A stretch of 64,000 bases of DNA from the human T2T-CHM13v2.0 reference genome, Homo sapiens (GCF_009914755.1 NC_060925.1); one strand, 5' to 3'. Counted from the first letter of the stretch, positions 28,111 to 42,423 are shown. Notes: generated from the sequence alone by a model not told the origin. Translations and numbers: made by a program.

Positions 28111-29302
28111 GGGCTCTGTAGTCCCCTGACATGAGCAGACAGCGGTCAATCCCACTAAACCCTGGAAGGGTTTCTTAAGGCAACGCTGCATCCCAGCAAA
28201 TGGACCAAGCATAGAACAGGATCTGGGAAGAGATGCGGCAGACAAGGGAGCTGAGGTTCTCCTCCCAGGGGAGCTTCCAGCTTGGAGGAGAGGCAGAGGA
28301 AGGCTGGCAGGAGGGGAAGGAGAGGGTGAAGAGGGCAGGCCGAGAGCCACAGGCCAGCTGGACTCTGGAGAGCATGTCAGGCCAGAGGAGCCGGGCCGCT
28401 GGCCTGTCCTAGGGCAAGAGGGAGGTCCCCAGCCGCCTCCTGCTCTAAGGGGTCTGCTGGACCCACTGCTTGGCCTCTGCCCTGACCCTCAGCCCAGATC
28501 AATAGATGCTTCTTTTCTCCTTAAACATCTCTGTGGGACTCTCCATGGTCCTGGAGTTCTAAGCACCTCAGACTCCACTTCCCCTACCCCACACCCCCTG
28601 CAAGGCTACAGCCGGTGCATTTCAGGTCCTTTGTCTCACGAGGGAGGGACTCCACTGGCATACTTTCAGACGTTCTCATTCTGTCCTCACTGCTTCCCAG
28701 TCCTGCAGCTCAGTCAGTGAGGCTGCTGGGAAACAGGGCTGACTCAGAGTGTGGGGCGAGCCATCCAGCCCCCCAGGCCTCGCTACCTGTCCAAGGGTCC
28801 ACCAGACTGGGAAGAGCTACAGGGATGGGAAGCCTCAACTGCACAGAGCAGGAGATGGGCACCCCAGACGGAGCAGAGGGGAGGCGCCTGGGCTTCTAGC
28901 ATCCGCTCCCTCAGGGACACCTCAGTGCTGGATCCACACCATCTGAGGAAAGGGGTATGGACAGCATCCAAGTTCCTTAGACCCAGAGACACACGAAGCC
29001 AATGACCAAGGGGCTGGGATCTGGTCTGCCACCTCCCAGAGCTCCAGAGAGAGACAGGAGTGGCAAATCCCATCGCTGGCCCCCACCCCTCCCAGGAAGT
29101 TGCCTCAGCTCTGGGCCTTTCTTGCTGCCCTGTCCTCGGGATATAGCTGTGGATTCCTGGCACTCCAGTGCAAGGAGGGGTATCAAGGATCCCTCTCCAC
29201 CTTCTCATCTCTTTAACTCCGTTCCTCTGCAAGGTTTCTGATGCCTGTGTTTGGGGGAAAAGTTACCAGGACAGGGCATCAGAAAAGAATCAGAGAGGAT
29301 GA

Positions 29303-29651
<349 letters not shown>

Positions 29652-32278
29652 AGAGAGTGTGTTTTTGCATGTGCATGTGTAAGCACACACACGGGGAGGC
29701 TCATGTGTGGGTGGGTGTGTATGTAGCTGAAGAGGCAAGTGTGGGTGTGTGAGGGTGTCTGTGGATATGGATGGCTGAGAGGCTGGAGGTATGAGTGAGG
29801 TGCCTGCATGGAGGTGGTACTACGCTGGGGATAATGAATGTGTCCAGAAAGTCTCACAGCACAGTGTGACCAGCTCTCATATCCCAGCCTCCCTGCAGAA
29901 TGCCCAGGGGCATTTTCTAAGACTTGGTCTCCTGAGCCTCACTCCAAGAGATTCTGACTCCTTATCTGTGAGATGGAGCAGGGCCTCTGGTGGTTCTGAT
30001 GGGAAACAGAGGTCAAGAGTCAGGAACAGTGGGGTTAAGAATGCTTGTGGTGGGGTCAGCCTGGCCAAGGTCCAACCCCCCAGATCTGCTCCTTCTCGCT
30101 GTGGGATCTGGGGCAAGTTATTGAAGCTTTCTAACTGTCAGTTTCCATGTCAGGAAAATAAGAAAATGGCAATACCTATCTTGTAAAGAGGTTATGAGAA
30201 GGAAATATGGAGCATGGTATGGGATAAATAGTAAGCAGTCCGTCTATAGCACCTATTTTTATTATTATGAATGCATGGATTATATATAAAAGTCTCCATG
30301 GCCATCTATAGCTGTGTGTCAGGGGGGAATGGATGTGTGTGTAAATGTATGTATCTTGCCATTTGAGCAGCTTAGGGAGGTGCATATGTACGAATGTGTG
30401 TATGACATGAGCGTGCATATAAGAAAATGTGTGTAGGTGAGAGATGCGAAGGGGTGTGTATGTGAATATTTGGGTGAGTGGACAGCTGAGAGCAGAGGAG
30501 AAAGGTTTCTCGGGAAGAAAGAGTCTGAATGTATCAACATGCCCTGAGCCCACTCAGCCACCCCATCACCCAGCGTTCCTGGAAGCTGCTATTGTACTAG
30601 GTGGTTCCCAGCAGTCCGGCTGCCTCCCAGCGCCTCCTTTGCCTCCCCTCCCAGCAGTGCCAGCTGGGGCAGGATTCCTACCGTACACCACCATCATTAA
30701 CTTGGGATTAAGCTGGACTTTCCAGCCGAGATGATGCCGTCACCGCCCGCCGCCTCCGCCTCTGAGGCCTGGGGCGGCAGTGAGGGAGAATGGCACAAGG
30801 GATGCCTGCACCGGGCCATTCCTGGGAGCCCTGCCTCCTACCTCATTCTGAGAGCTGCTTAGCAGCTGCCCTCACTCCCAGGGGGCCAAGGCTGGGCCTC
30901 AGCTGCAGCATGGGGCCACCCCCTACCCCTGGAAGAGGACTGATGGCTGGATGCGCTGGGAAAGGAACTAATTAGTTAATGGGGATCCCTTTCCCCATGA
31001 CCCACCAAGGAAGGCCTGAAATCAGCTGCGTTAAGAGGTAGAAGCCAATTAGGGATAGCCTGGCTCCCACCTGACACCGCAGAAGCAAAACGGACTGGCC
31101 CCACCAGTCAGCAGAGAGCCCACCCCAGCCCTGTCGAAGGGCAGGTGTGATGTCCGGCCAATCTGTGGCTCTTCATCCCCTGCCCTGCCCTGCAGCAGGA
31201 CAATGATGCATGAAGAGAGAGGAGTCTGCCCCATTTGCCTGTGTGGTGCTCATTGGTCCACCAAGCTCAGGAGGAATTGATCTGTCTGTGCCACAGACTT
31301 GCTGGGTGACCATGGGCAAGTCACTCCCTTTTCTGGACATTTCTTGAATTGTGATACTGGAATTGTATAAAACTGCCACCAAAGCAAACTGCCCACCCTC
31401 CACCCACCATAAGGCAATCCTTCTCCTCCAAGTCCCCACCCCACATGTGGCTCCAGCAGACATCTGCTGAGCACACTCTCCGTGCCCGCCACCTTCCAAG
31501 GGTTTGTCTGGCTGAATCCTCATGCAGACCCTGGGAGGTGAACTCATATTCTTTTCATTTCACAGGTGAAGATACTGAGGCTCAGAAGAGTTCTATAACT
31601 TTCCCAAGGTCCCACAGCTAGTAGAGGGCCAGCCTAGTCCCCAGGCCCAGGCCTCGTTGGTCCACACTGCCCCAGTAAGGGTATTAGGCTCCAGGGACAC
31701 ACATCCTCTCTGCATGTTTGTGGCTGGCGACGTCTCATGCACCTCACACCCCACAGATCAGTTCTTCTGTAAGGGTCCCTTGAAAGCCCCCTGGGAGGTA
31801 GAACTGCTTCCATTCTGAGGCCCCAGCATCTTGAACTTTATGGCATTTGCTACCTTGCACTGTCAATTTCCTGTCTCCCTCCTTGGACCGCAAGCCCCTT
31901 GAAGAAGAGGGACTGTGTCTTAATCATCTTTACAAGCCAGTCTCTAGCCCAGTGCTGGGTATAGAGCAGGTGCTCAATACCTAAGTGTAGGATGGGTGAT
32001 TGATTGAACTAGTATGGCCAGATGGGGCCTGCCCAGCCTATTTAAATTCAAATTTAAATTAATTAAGTAATATAAAATGTAAAATGTCGTTCTTCAGTCG
32101 CAATAGCCACATGTCAAGTGCTCGATAGCCCTACGTGGCTAGTGGTTACCACATTGAACAGTGCAGAAAATGGGACATTCCCATCATCAGAGAAAGTTTT
32201 ACTGGACAGCACAGCCCAAGAGGCCAGGCTCCAGCCAGGCCAAGGCTCTGAGGCATCTGGTGGTGTCATCACCTGCAG

Positions 32279-32423
32279 CTTGGAGTTCAGCCCTGGGATC
32301 CCAAACCACCTTCGGGCCTGTCTTTGAAGACCAGCCCCTCAGTGTGCTATTCCCAGAGGAGTCCACGGAGGAGCAGGTGTTGCTGGCATGCCGCGCCCGG
32401 GCCAGCCCTCCAGCCACCTATCG
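32279..32423 (+). CDS. CNTN2: CNTN2 exon 3 (Ig1, first half)
   Basis: ctgcag|CTTGG...TATCG|gtaagg; [20 protein letters not shown]...PPATYR. Confidence 0.97.
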
Positions 32424-32538
32424 GTAAGGCCTCTGCAGTGGGTGCTGGGAGGCCCTGGGCAGCCGTTGAACTTTCCCTCTCATCAGCCCTGCCACCAGGC
32501 AGGACTCAGAGGTCCCCTTCCTCTGTCCCCTGCTGCAG

Positions 32539-32714
32539 GTGGAAGATGAATGGTACCGAGATGAAGCTGGAGCCAGGTTCCCGTCACCAGCTGGTGGGGG
32601 GCAACCTGGTCATCATGAACCCCACCAAGGCACAGGATGCCGGGGTCTACCAGTGCCTGGCCTCCAACCCAGTGGGCACCGTTGTCAGCAGGGAGGCCAT
32701 CCTCCGCTTCGGCT
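32539..32714 (+). CDS. CNTN2: CNTN2 exon 4 (Ig1, second half)
   Basis: WKMNGTEM...DAGVYQC...ILRFG; ag/gt boundaries. Confidence 0.97.
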
Positions 32715-32925
32715 GTGAGACCCGCGGGGGACCAAGACACTTTGGGGGAGGGGGAGAGGGGGCTAGGAGAAATTACTGAGAAAGGATAAGGGACACCCTC
32801 AAGCCGGGCCTTCCTGACCTCACATGACATGCCTTAGTGAACTGCTGCTTCTCCGTGAAGGATGAGTCGGGGAGGGGCTCGCAGGCCAGGAGGACAGTGC
32901 CTGAGCCCCTGGTCTCTGCCTCCAG

Positions 32926-33021
32926 TTCTGCAGGAATTCTCCAAGGAGGAGCGAGACCCAGTGAAAGCTCATGAAGGCTGGGGGGTGATGTTGCCCTGTA
33001 ACCCACCTGCCCACTACCCAG
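32926..33021 (+). CDS. CNTN2: CNTN2 exon 5 (Ig2)
   Basis: [32 protein letters not shown]; donor gtgagt. Confidence 0.97.
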
Positions 33022-33441
33022 GTGAGTCCAGACCTGGGGCCAGGGTTAGAGAGGGCACAGGAAGGGCTTCCAGATGCTTGGCAGAGGAAGGATGGAATAA
33101 AAGGAGACCCCTGGAAATGACCCTTAGAAGCACCCATCCCTGGGACCCTAACTTTAAATGATCTGTGTTTCCTTTATAGGTCTGTCACTTTCCATCGTTG
33201 TGCCCTGCTTCCGCCTTCAAACTGGGTGGCCCCTGAGGGCTGCGATCCCTGGCAGACTTAGCGCTCCCTGAGGGCAGGAATAAAGTCACTTCTTCCCTCT
33301 AGGTCTCCCCTTAGCCCCAGTTCAGAGCATGGTGGCTGTCAGGACAGGGCTTGCAGAACCGCACCAGCATGCTGGGGTCCCACCCAGAGTGGCCCTGTTA
33401 GCCCAGCACCCCCTGGTTTCCTCAAACTCCTCACATCCTAG

Positions 33442-33651
33442 GCTTGTCCTACCGCTGGCTCCTCAACGAGTTCCCCAACTTCATCCCGACGGACGGGCGT
33501 CACTTCGTGTCCCAGACCACAGGGAACCTGTACATTGCCCGAACCAATGCCTCAGACCTGGGCAACTACTCCTGTTTGGCCACCAGCCACATGGACTTCT
33601 CCACCAAGAGCGTCTTCAGCAAGTTTGCTCAGCTCAACCTGGCTGCTGAAG
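33442..33651 (+). CDS. CNTN2: CNTN2 exon 6 (Ig2)
   Basis: [12 protein letters not shown]...DLGNYSC...LNLAAE. Confidence 0.97.
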
Positions 33652-33940
33652 GTCAGGCTTGGCCAGGCGTGGCTGGAGGGAGGGAACTGGAAGGGTCAGC
33701 GGGCATTAGGAAAAGGGTTTTTCCTTTGGAGATTGGAAGATCAGCTTGCAGGGCACTGATTCCAGGCCCTGGACCCCCAGATCCTCCTGCTTCAAATCCT
33801 GAGGCCCTTGCCCCAGGCCTCAAGGAGATTCCACACAGCTGCCTAGACAGAGTTGGCTCTGAAAGGTGCTGAGATCCCATGCACGGGAGCACCTGACCTG
33901 GAGTCATCTGCATCTGATTTGTAAAACCCTCTCTCCCCAG

Positions 33941-34040
33941 ATACCCGGCTCTTTGCACCCAGCATCAAGGCCCGGTTCCCAGCAGAGACCTATGCACTGG
34001 TGGGGCAGCAGGTCACCCTGGAGTGCTTCGCCTTTGGGAA
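33941..34040 (+). CDS. CNTN2: CNTN2 exon 7 (Ig3)
   Basis: [14 protein letters not shown]...[10 protein letters not shown]; donor gtgagt. Confidence 0.96.
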
Positions 34041-34329
34041 GTGAGTGTGAAGAGGGAGGGGAAGCAGAGCACGGTCTCTCGGGGGCACAGGTGACCCCAG
34101 GGTGAGGGCAGGCAGTCAGGGCTCTTATCTTGGTGTCCCTCATAGGGTCTAGCAAAGTACTGGGCACACAGTGGGTATCGACCACCACTCACTGGACAGT
34201 ACCTCTCTGGGTGAGGCATCGCATATGCCAGGGGCCTTCCATGGCCAGGATCACTTGGTCTTCCAGCAGTGCATGGCAGGCTCAGACAGCTTGAGTAACA
34301 CCCAGGGCTGGAGGCAGGCAGCACAGTGT

Positions 34330-34540
34330 ACAGACTCCAACCCTGTCTGTCTCATTCAGATCCCAGCTCTGCCACCCGCAGACCTTGGGTAAACTGCCTA
34401 ACCTCTCTGTGCCTCAGTTTCTTTATGGTGGTGATAATAGTACCTACCTCATAGGGTTGTCATGAGGATTAAATCAGTTCATATATGTGAGATACTTAGA
34501 ACAGTGCCTGGAATTTAGTTAAGTGTTCCGTGAATGTTAA
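34330..34540 (+). mobile_element. MIR
   Basis: gcctcagtttc...tacctacctcatagggttgt.atgaggattaaat...agaacagtgcctgg. Confidence 0.8.
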
Positions 34541-34788
34541 CAGTGATCTATTTGAGAATGGCAGCAGAAAGTGTTCTCTTTCTCGTACTCCTAGAAGAAG
34601 GAGTCACTAGAACAGGGCTAAGCAAATAGCAGGTGCTCAATAAATGTTTGTAGTATGAAAGAAAGAATGTGATTTGTACTTTGGCCCCCTCCTCCCTCAA
34701 CTATCTCCTATGGTTACCTGGGAGAATCTCTGCCTTGTGGGAAGTTTTGGGCTTCCAGAAAATCCACATGAAAAGCATGTGGAAGTGG

Positions 34789-35124
<336 letters not shown>

Positions 35125-35600
35125 TTAACCCATTAAAACTGATACCTCAGTCCGTTTTAGTGCACAGATTACTACTAACTAAAGTCCCTTTCAAAGTAGG
35201 GGCAAGGCCTGCCCTGTAGAGGCAACGGAAAAGAGAACCCGTAAAGACCCAGGTCACAGGCCACTGTGGCGGAGGGCAGACCCAGAGGCATGGTGACCGG
35301 TGCGGGAGAGGGCAGGCCAGCTTCAGGGTGCAGACCCCGCAGAAGCCCGGCTTCACTGGCTCCAGGGTTGTTGCAGGGGGGATGGGTAGAGCAGCCCTGC
35401 CTCTTGCCCCTTCCCTGCGTGTGCTCCGAGCCTACCTGGGAGAGGAGAGTGAGGATCAGCCAGAAGGCACCCTCTCTCCCTCTGTTCCTCCCAGGCCCAG
35501 CATCTCAGGAGGGCCTGAGAGTCTGGGTATGAGGAGCTGCGGGCACTGGAGGGGTAGGCCCAGCTCAGCCCACACCCTCTGGCTTTGTCTCTCCTGCCAG

Positions 35601-35776
35601 CCCTGTCCCCCGGATCAAGTGGCGCAAAGTGGACGGCTCCCTGTCCCCGCAGTGGACCACAGCTGAGCCCACCCTGCAGATCCCCAGCGTCAGCTTTGAG
35701 GATGAGGGCACCTACGAGTGTGAGGCGGAGAACTCCAAGGGCCGAGACACCGTGCAGGGCCGCATCATCGTGCAGG
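35601..35776 (+). CDS. CNTN2: CNTN2 exon 8 (Ig3)
   Basis: [12 protein letters not shown]...DEGTYEC...GRIIVQ. Confidence 0.97.
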
Positions 35777-36220
35777 GTACAGAGCCAGGGACACCTTCTC
35801 CGCCCCTCCCGACCCCCCTTCCCGCCTTCACCCTTGTCCCCAAGGAAACAGACCCAAAAGTCAGGGAGGAGACTGGGAGGCCCCCTGCATGAGCCTGCTT
35901 GCCCTAGGACTGCACTGAGTCTGGGACCAGAGGAGGCTAGTGCTGTGGTCACCTCAGAGCTTCAGTCAGGGGTGCAGAAAGCACACAGGAGGCTCCAGAA
36001 TGATTTAAGTTGCAAAAGCAGCCACTGGCACAGCCACAGAGTGCCAGCTTTCTTGTGCCTCCTTCTTCCGGCCCCCTCCTCTTTGTCCTCTCCATCTCAG
36101 AATGCTCATGGCGCCCTCTGCTGTCTGGCACAGGTGCTGCTGCCCTGATTTTCTGTTCCTTTTAATGAGCTGGAAGCTCCTCCTAGCTCATGCCAGGTTT
36201 TCTTTTCCGGGCTCCCACAG

Positions 36221-36357
36221 CTCAGCCTGAGTGGCTAAAAGTGATCTCGGACACAGAGGCTGACATTGGCTCCAACCTGCGTTGGGGCTGTGCAGCCGCC
36301 GGCAAGCCCCGGCCTACAGTGCGCTGGCTGCGGAACGGGGAGCCTCTGGCCTCCCAG
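36221..36357 (+). CDS. CNTN2: CNTN2 exon 9 (Ig4)
   Basis: [24 protein letters not shown]...PLASQ; donor gtagga. Confidence 0.97.
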
Positions 36358-36795
36358 GTAGGAGACATGGGGCTTCCCCCGACACATCACAACTGTCCTC
36401 TGCTCACTTGGTTCCCTCCCCCGCCCAGAACTTCCCCTGCACCACTAGTAGCCCCTCTGGGCTAATTAGGGTGTCAGAGGGTGGTCCTAGGACCACCTAA
36501 GGACTTCTTCCCATCCCAGTCCCATTGTCACAGGCTAGGCCTGGATCCAGGCACAGTTCAGCCACAAAAGAAGTGATGTGGTCCTGACTGGGTCACCTCA
36601 CCCTTCCAGCTTTGGGGAGGCCTGGGTAATCTGCATCCTGAGGTTCCAGGCAGCCCTGAGGTAGGACTGGACATATGAGCCATATCCTCTAGGGATTATC
36701 AGCCTAGAGTCTCCACTGCTCCCACCCCTGCCAACCCCTCCTCCCTGTGGCTCCTGTGGTCCTGATCCCCCTGGGCTCTGGGCTCTTCTGCACAG

Positions 36796-36925
36796 AACCG
36801 GGTGGAGGTGTTGGCTGGGGACCTGCGGTTCTCCAAGCTGAGCCTGGAAGACTCGGGCATGTACCAGTGTGTGGCAGAGAATAAGCACGGTACCATCTAC
36901 GCCAGCGCCGAGCTAGCCGTGCAAG
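36796..36925 (+). CDS. CNTN2: CNTN2 exon 10 (Ig4)
   Basis: [12 protein letters not shown]...DSGMYQC...ELAVQ; donor gtaagg. Confidence 0.97.
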
Positions 36926-37677
36926 GTAAGGGGCCCAGGGAGGCAGGGGACATCCCAAGGACATGCATATGGTGGCTTTCAGAGCTCTGAGTTTAGGTGT
37001 TTCCAAACACACATGCACATACCCTGTGGCCATTTTCCTTGGTTTTCCAACAGTTTCTAAGTAGGAGAACTCAGAGATTTAAGAAAGGAGATGAGACACA
37101 GGGTTGACAGCTGCCAGAGGGCAGGGTCTCTGACTTGTTCCATGTCTGGCACACAGTAAATGTTTGCTGCAGTGAGTGAAAAAAACAGAAACCAAATCAA
37201 TCAGATTTGTGTAACCCAACCCTTTCAGCTATGTGAGCTTTGGCAAGTTACTTAGTGTTTCTGTGTTTCAGTTTCTTGATTATAAAATATAGGCAATAAT
37301 AGTCCTGCCCTCCTGGGCTGCTGTATGGAACAAGTGAGATGAAAGAGGTACAGCATAAAGGGCCTGCCCACCATACAGCAGGTGCCCGGGAAATGTAAGC
37401 CAGTGCTAATATTTAGTTGTGTGACTTGAGCTCACTGAGCCTCAGTTTCCTCATCCATAAAATGGACACAGTGATACCCACCACATCAGGTTTTAGTGAA
37501 GCTTTGCTAAGAAGCATTCATTCGTTCCTTCATCCATTCAACCACTACTTACTCAACACTTCACAGGGATGAATATAAAAGATACGGTCTCTGCCTTTAA
37601 GTAGCTTACAATCCAGTAGAGGGAAAGGGACAAATAAACCCCAAATCAAACAATTAAATAATTTCAGCTAGCCATCA

Positions 37678-38059
<382 letters not shown>

Positions 38060-38677
38060 CCCAGTAGAGTGATGGGCGTGAGATGGGCCTGTTAGGTGGG
38101 GTGGTCAGAGAAGTCCTCTCTGAGGAAGTCTCATTTAGACTGTGACCTGAATGTTAAGAAGCCAGCCGCGTGAAGATCTGGGGAATTTCCAGGCAAGATT
38201 TACAGCAAGTGCAAAGCTCTGGAGGCAGGAAAAGACTTCACAACTTCAAAAGAGAGAGAGAGAGAAAAAAAAAGGCTAGGTGATTGGAACATAATGAATG
38301 GGGGATAGAGTGGAGCAAGATGCGATTGGAAAGGTGGAGACTTATTTGTGAAGAGCCGGGCTTCACTGAGTGTGAGTTGAAAAAGCTGTTCATTCCCAAC
38401 TGGGTGGAGAAAAGATTGTAGAAGGAAGGTGCAGAAACAGGAAGACTGATGTGGGGTGGCAGGGGTGGTGGTGAGGGGCGGAGGGGGGGCGCGTTGTCAA
38501 TAGTCCAGGCGGGAGATTTGATAGCTTAGGCCAGAGAAAAAAGGGCTTGGTTCTGGATGCATTCTGGAAGAGGTGCTAATAGGAGTCACTCATGGCGTGG
38601 CTTCAAAGGGCACGCCAAGTAACGTCTTAATCAAGGGTGACAGTACTTTTCTCTGTGGCTCTCCCCTTTCCTTCTAG

Positions 38678-38828
38678 CACTCGCCCCTGACTTCAGGCTG
38701 AATCCCGTGAGGCGTCTGATCCCCGCGGCCCGCGGGGGAGAGATCCTTATCCCCTGCCAGCCCCGGGCAGCTCCAAAGGCCGTGGTGCTCTGGAGCAAAG
38801 GCACGGAGATTTTGGTCAACAGCAGCAG
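38678..38828 (+). CDS. CNTN2: CNTN2 exon 11 (Ig5)
   Basis: [16 protein letters not shown]...ILVNSSR; weak donor gtacca. Confidence 0.96.
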
Positions 38829-38978
38829 GTACCACCCACACCCCACCCTGCACAGTTCCTGCTCCTCCTCATTCTCCATGGAGGCCAATTCCCCTCCTGT
38901 GACAACAGTCACAGGAGTTGGCCAGCCCCAGGGACAACCATGCCTGAGTTGGCCACATCTGCCTTGTCCTTGCCACAG

Positions 38979-39106
38979 AGTGACTGTAACTCCAGATGGC
39001 ACCTTGATCATAAGAAACATCAGCCGGTCAGATGAAGGCAAATACACCTGCTTTGCTGAGAACTTCATGGGCAAAGCCAACAGCACTGGAATCCTATCTG
39101 TGCGAG
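38979..39106 (+). CDS. CNTN2: CNTN2 exon 12 (Ig5)
   Basis: [11 protein letters not shown]...DEGKYTC...ILSVR. Confidence 0.97.
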
Positions 39107-39442
39107 GTGAGGGCTGCCATGTGGGTAGGCCGGGGGCTCAGCCTCCTCAGGGTACTGTCCTCCCCATCATCCTGCTCCTGTGTCCACATTGCTCCTAGTT
39201 TGGTGTCAAGGCCACCCCAGGATTCAGTTTTGCTTGGGACCACCCCCTGGCCACCACTGAGACTCTGGTCATGCCTCCCTGCCTGCCACACACTCATGCA
39301 GTCCTGGGCAGTTGGGACCTGTGGGTCACACCACCTCTTCTCTTTGCTGGGCCTTAGGACAGAGCCTCTCAGCCTGCCCTGCGGACCCGGCCTGGGCCCA
39401 TTTCCTCCCCCATCCACCCAAGGGCCTTGTTTTTCTTGGCAG

Positions 39443-39618
39443 ATGCAACCAAAATCACTCTAGCCCCCTCAAGTGCCGACATCAACTTGGGTGACAACCT
39501 GACCCTACAGTGCCATGCCTCCCACGACCCCACCATGGACCTCACCTTCACCTGGACCCTGGACGACTTCCCCATCGACTTTGATAAGCCTGGAGGGCAC
39601 TACCGGAGAACTAATGTG
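39443..39618 (+). CDS. CNTN2: CNTN2 exon 13 (Ig6)
   Basis: [11 protein letters not shown]...LQCHASHD...YRRTNV. Confidence 0.97.
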
Positions 39619-40080
39619 GTGAGACCTAGGGCCAGAGCCCCATGGCTTCTCCCTCCTTCTAGAGAGACAGGGGCCCCAAGATGTCCTTAGCCATCCTCAC
39701 CTTTAAGAAACCCATAGCCTAAGCGCCCCCATTCCCTCAGGCCCACACATGGCAAGCTCATCCTTGGATGAACAGCTGACCTTCCTGGATTCCACCCAGG
39801 GACCATGCATTTAGGAGAGGGTTAGGGACAAACCTGGAGTTGTGGGCAGCCACCAAGACACTCCCACTACTGTTCTTGTTAGCCTGTCCCCTAGGGCAAA
39901 TGATATTATTAATGTGGACAGTCATTGACTGTCTCCTGAAACAAACTTTGCTGTTTAGTCCCCAGTGGTTCTAAGTGATGAGTCGTGATTCCTCCCATTG
40001 AGCAGACAGGAAAACTGAGATCCAGTGGGGTCCATGGATGTCATGGAGTAGGGGACTCCCAAGCGCTGCCTCATGTCTCA

Positions 40081-40153
40081 TGGCCTGCTGCACTGGTCAG
40101 GGCCGGTGGTCTGGCCTGCTGCACTGGTCAGGGCCGGTGGTCTGACCTGCTGC
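40081..40153. repeat. 31-bp tandem duplication (2.3 copies) upstream of exon 14
   Basis: tggcctgctgcactggtcagggccggtggtc twice, plus tgacctgctgc. Confidence 0.95.
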
Positions 40154-40175
40154 CCCTAACTGTCCCCGTGTGCAG

Positions 40176-40296
40176 AAGGAGACCATTGGGGATCTGACCA
40201 TCCTGAACGCCCAGCTGCGCCATGGGGGGAAGTACACGTGCATGGCCCAGACGGTGGTGGACAGCGCGTCCAAGGAGGCCACAGTCCTGGTCCGAG
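40176..40296 (+). CDS. CNTN2: CNTN2 exon 14 (Ig6)
   Basis: [10 protein letters not shown]...HGGKYTC...TVLVR; NAGNAG-type acceptor cag/AAG. Confidence 0.96.
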
Positions 40297-40827
40297 GTGA
40301 GGGGTTTCCCACCTCTACCCCTACCCCAACTCCCTTAAAACCCAGCTGGGCTGTTCTGACCTGCTCGCCTCATCTCCCCTCCCTTCCCTCAAAGCTGCGG
40401 GGAAGGGCTTCCGGCGGAACTCCTGTGAGCTGGATATACCCTGTGGTTCTTCACAGGTCCTAAATGATCAGGACATTTTTCTTCCAAAGTCAAAGTTTAA
40501 AAAATCCACTCCTAAACACATCCCAAGACAGGAGTGCTTTACTGAGCCCTGAAGTTTTCAAAGCCTAGTGCTGGGAGATCTATGCACCTCTCCATGTGAC
40601 AGCCTCTGTGAGCTCCCCCAGCCTTGAGACACATCCCTCCACCCAACAACTGGCACCCGCCCCAACTGCCCACACCCCTTGCCCGCCCTCCCGCCTGGGT
40701 GTGTGTTCACTGCGTCCTCTGCTGCCCTGTCTTGGTACTGTACCAGCTCAAGCCTGGCTGGGAGGAGGTTGGCTCAAATTGGAAGCTGCCCAATTCTGAC
40801 CCACTGTGCTCTGACCTCTTGGTGCAG

Positions 40828-40986
40828 GTCCGCCAGGTCCCCCAGGAGGTGTGGTGGTGAGGGACATTGGCGACACCACCATCCAGCTCAGCTGGAGCCG
40901 TGGCTTCGACAACCACAGCCCCATCGCTAAGTACACCCTGCAAGCTCGCACTCCACCTGCAGGGAAGTGGAAGCAGGTTCGGACCA
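40828..40986 (+). CDS. CNTN2: CNTN2 exon 15 (FNIII-1)
   Basis: [23 protein letters not shown]...WKQVRT; donor gtaagt. Confidence 0.97.
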
Positions 40987-41488
40987 GTAAGTGTGAGCCC
41001 CACCTGGGTCAGTGCTGATAAGGCTCGACTGGGTGTAGGAGGTGGAAAGGGTCAAGGTTTGGGGATCGGGGTCTGAGGGCCAGGGCTGAGCCTGGAGCTT
41101 CAAAGAGGGACAAGATCTGTCCTCTGCCAGCAGAGAGCATGCAGGCAGGCAGGAAGACAGTCACACAGAAAGTAGGAGAGTCGGGAAAGAGTTAGAAGAG
41201 GAGGCGCTTGGTCTATGCCCTTGAAGAATTGGTAGGATTGTTACTGGAGCAATGAAAATATTCATGGGGACATAGGGGCGTAGGCGTGCACACAGCATTG
41301 GCAGAGGCACCAAGATAGGGAAATTGAGTAGTTTTTCAATCATTTCTGAAAAAGGTACTGAGTGCTTAGTATATGGCAAGTACCGAAGTGAGGGCTGGGT
41401 AGATAAGGGGTGATTCAGGCCAGTGCCTGCCCTCTGCACCCAGATGAATAAGCGAATGCTGGAATATGGACTCCCTGGTGCCTTGCAG

Positions 41489-41638
41489 ATCCTGCAAACA
41501 TCGAGGGCAATGCCGAGACTGCACAGGTGCTGGGCCTCACCCCCTGGATGGACTATGAGTTCCGGGTCATAGCCAGCAACATTCTGGGCACTGGGGAGCC
41601 TAGTGGGCCCTCCAGCAAAATCCGGACCAGGGAAGCAG
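41489..41638 (+). CDS. CNTN2: CNTN2 exon 16 (FNIII-1)
   Basis: [27 protein letters not shown]...IRTREA. Confidence 0.97.
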
Positions 41639-42033
41639 GTGAGAGTCCTGTGTGTCCCAAAAAGCTATCATCAGGGCAGAGACCCTGGCACCACTTATAG
41701 GGAATGCCAAGCCAGCCGCAATTATGCTGAGTTCCAACCCTGCTCACAGGGTTCAGACTCTCACAAAACAGAGGAGGACAGAACACCAAGTTGGGACCAG
41801 GGCCACTGCATGGACAAACCATCTAGTCCAAACTCCTCATTTAAAAACTGGCCAACCTTACAACTGCATGTGCATCTATAATTTTTTTAAGTTTAATTTT
41901 TAAAAGTGGAAAAACCAAAGTTCGGAGAAAGGAAGAGTCACATTGACAGAGCTTGGACTTGAACCCAGGACCATGGGGTGGTAGACAGATGTCTTCCTGG
42001 AAGAGTATGCACTACAGAAATCAGTTAATGCTG

Positions 42034-42423
<390 letters not shown>

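Noticed and set aside
40081-40153. Short direct repeats resembling a CRISPR array (also 1651-1709)
   Set aside because: No spacers, only two copies, eukaryotic context.
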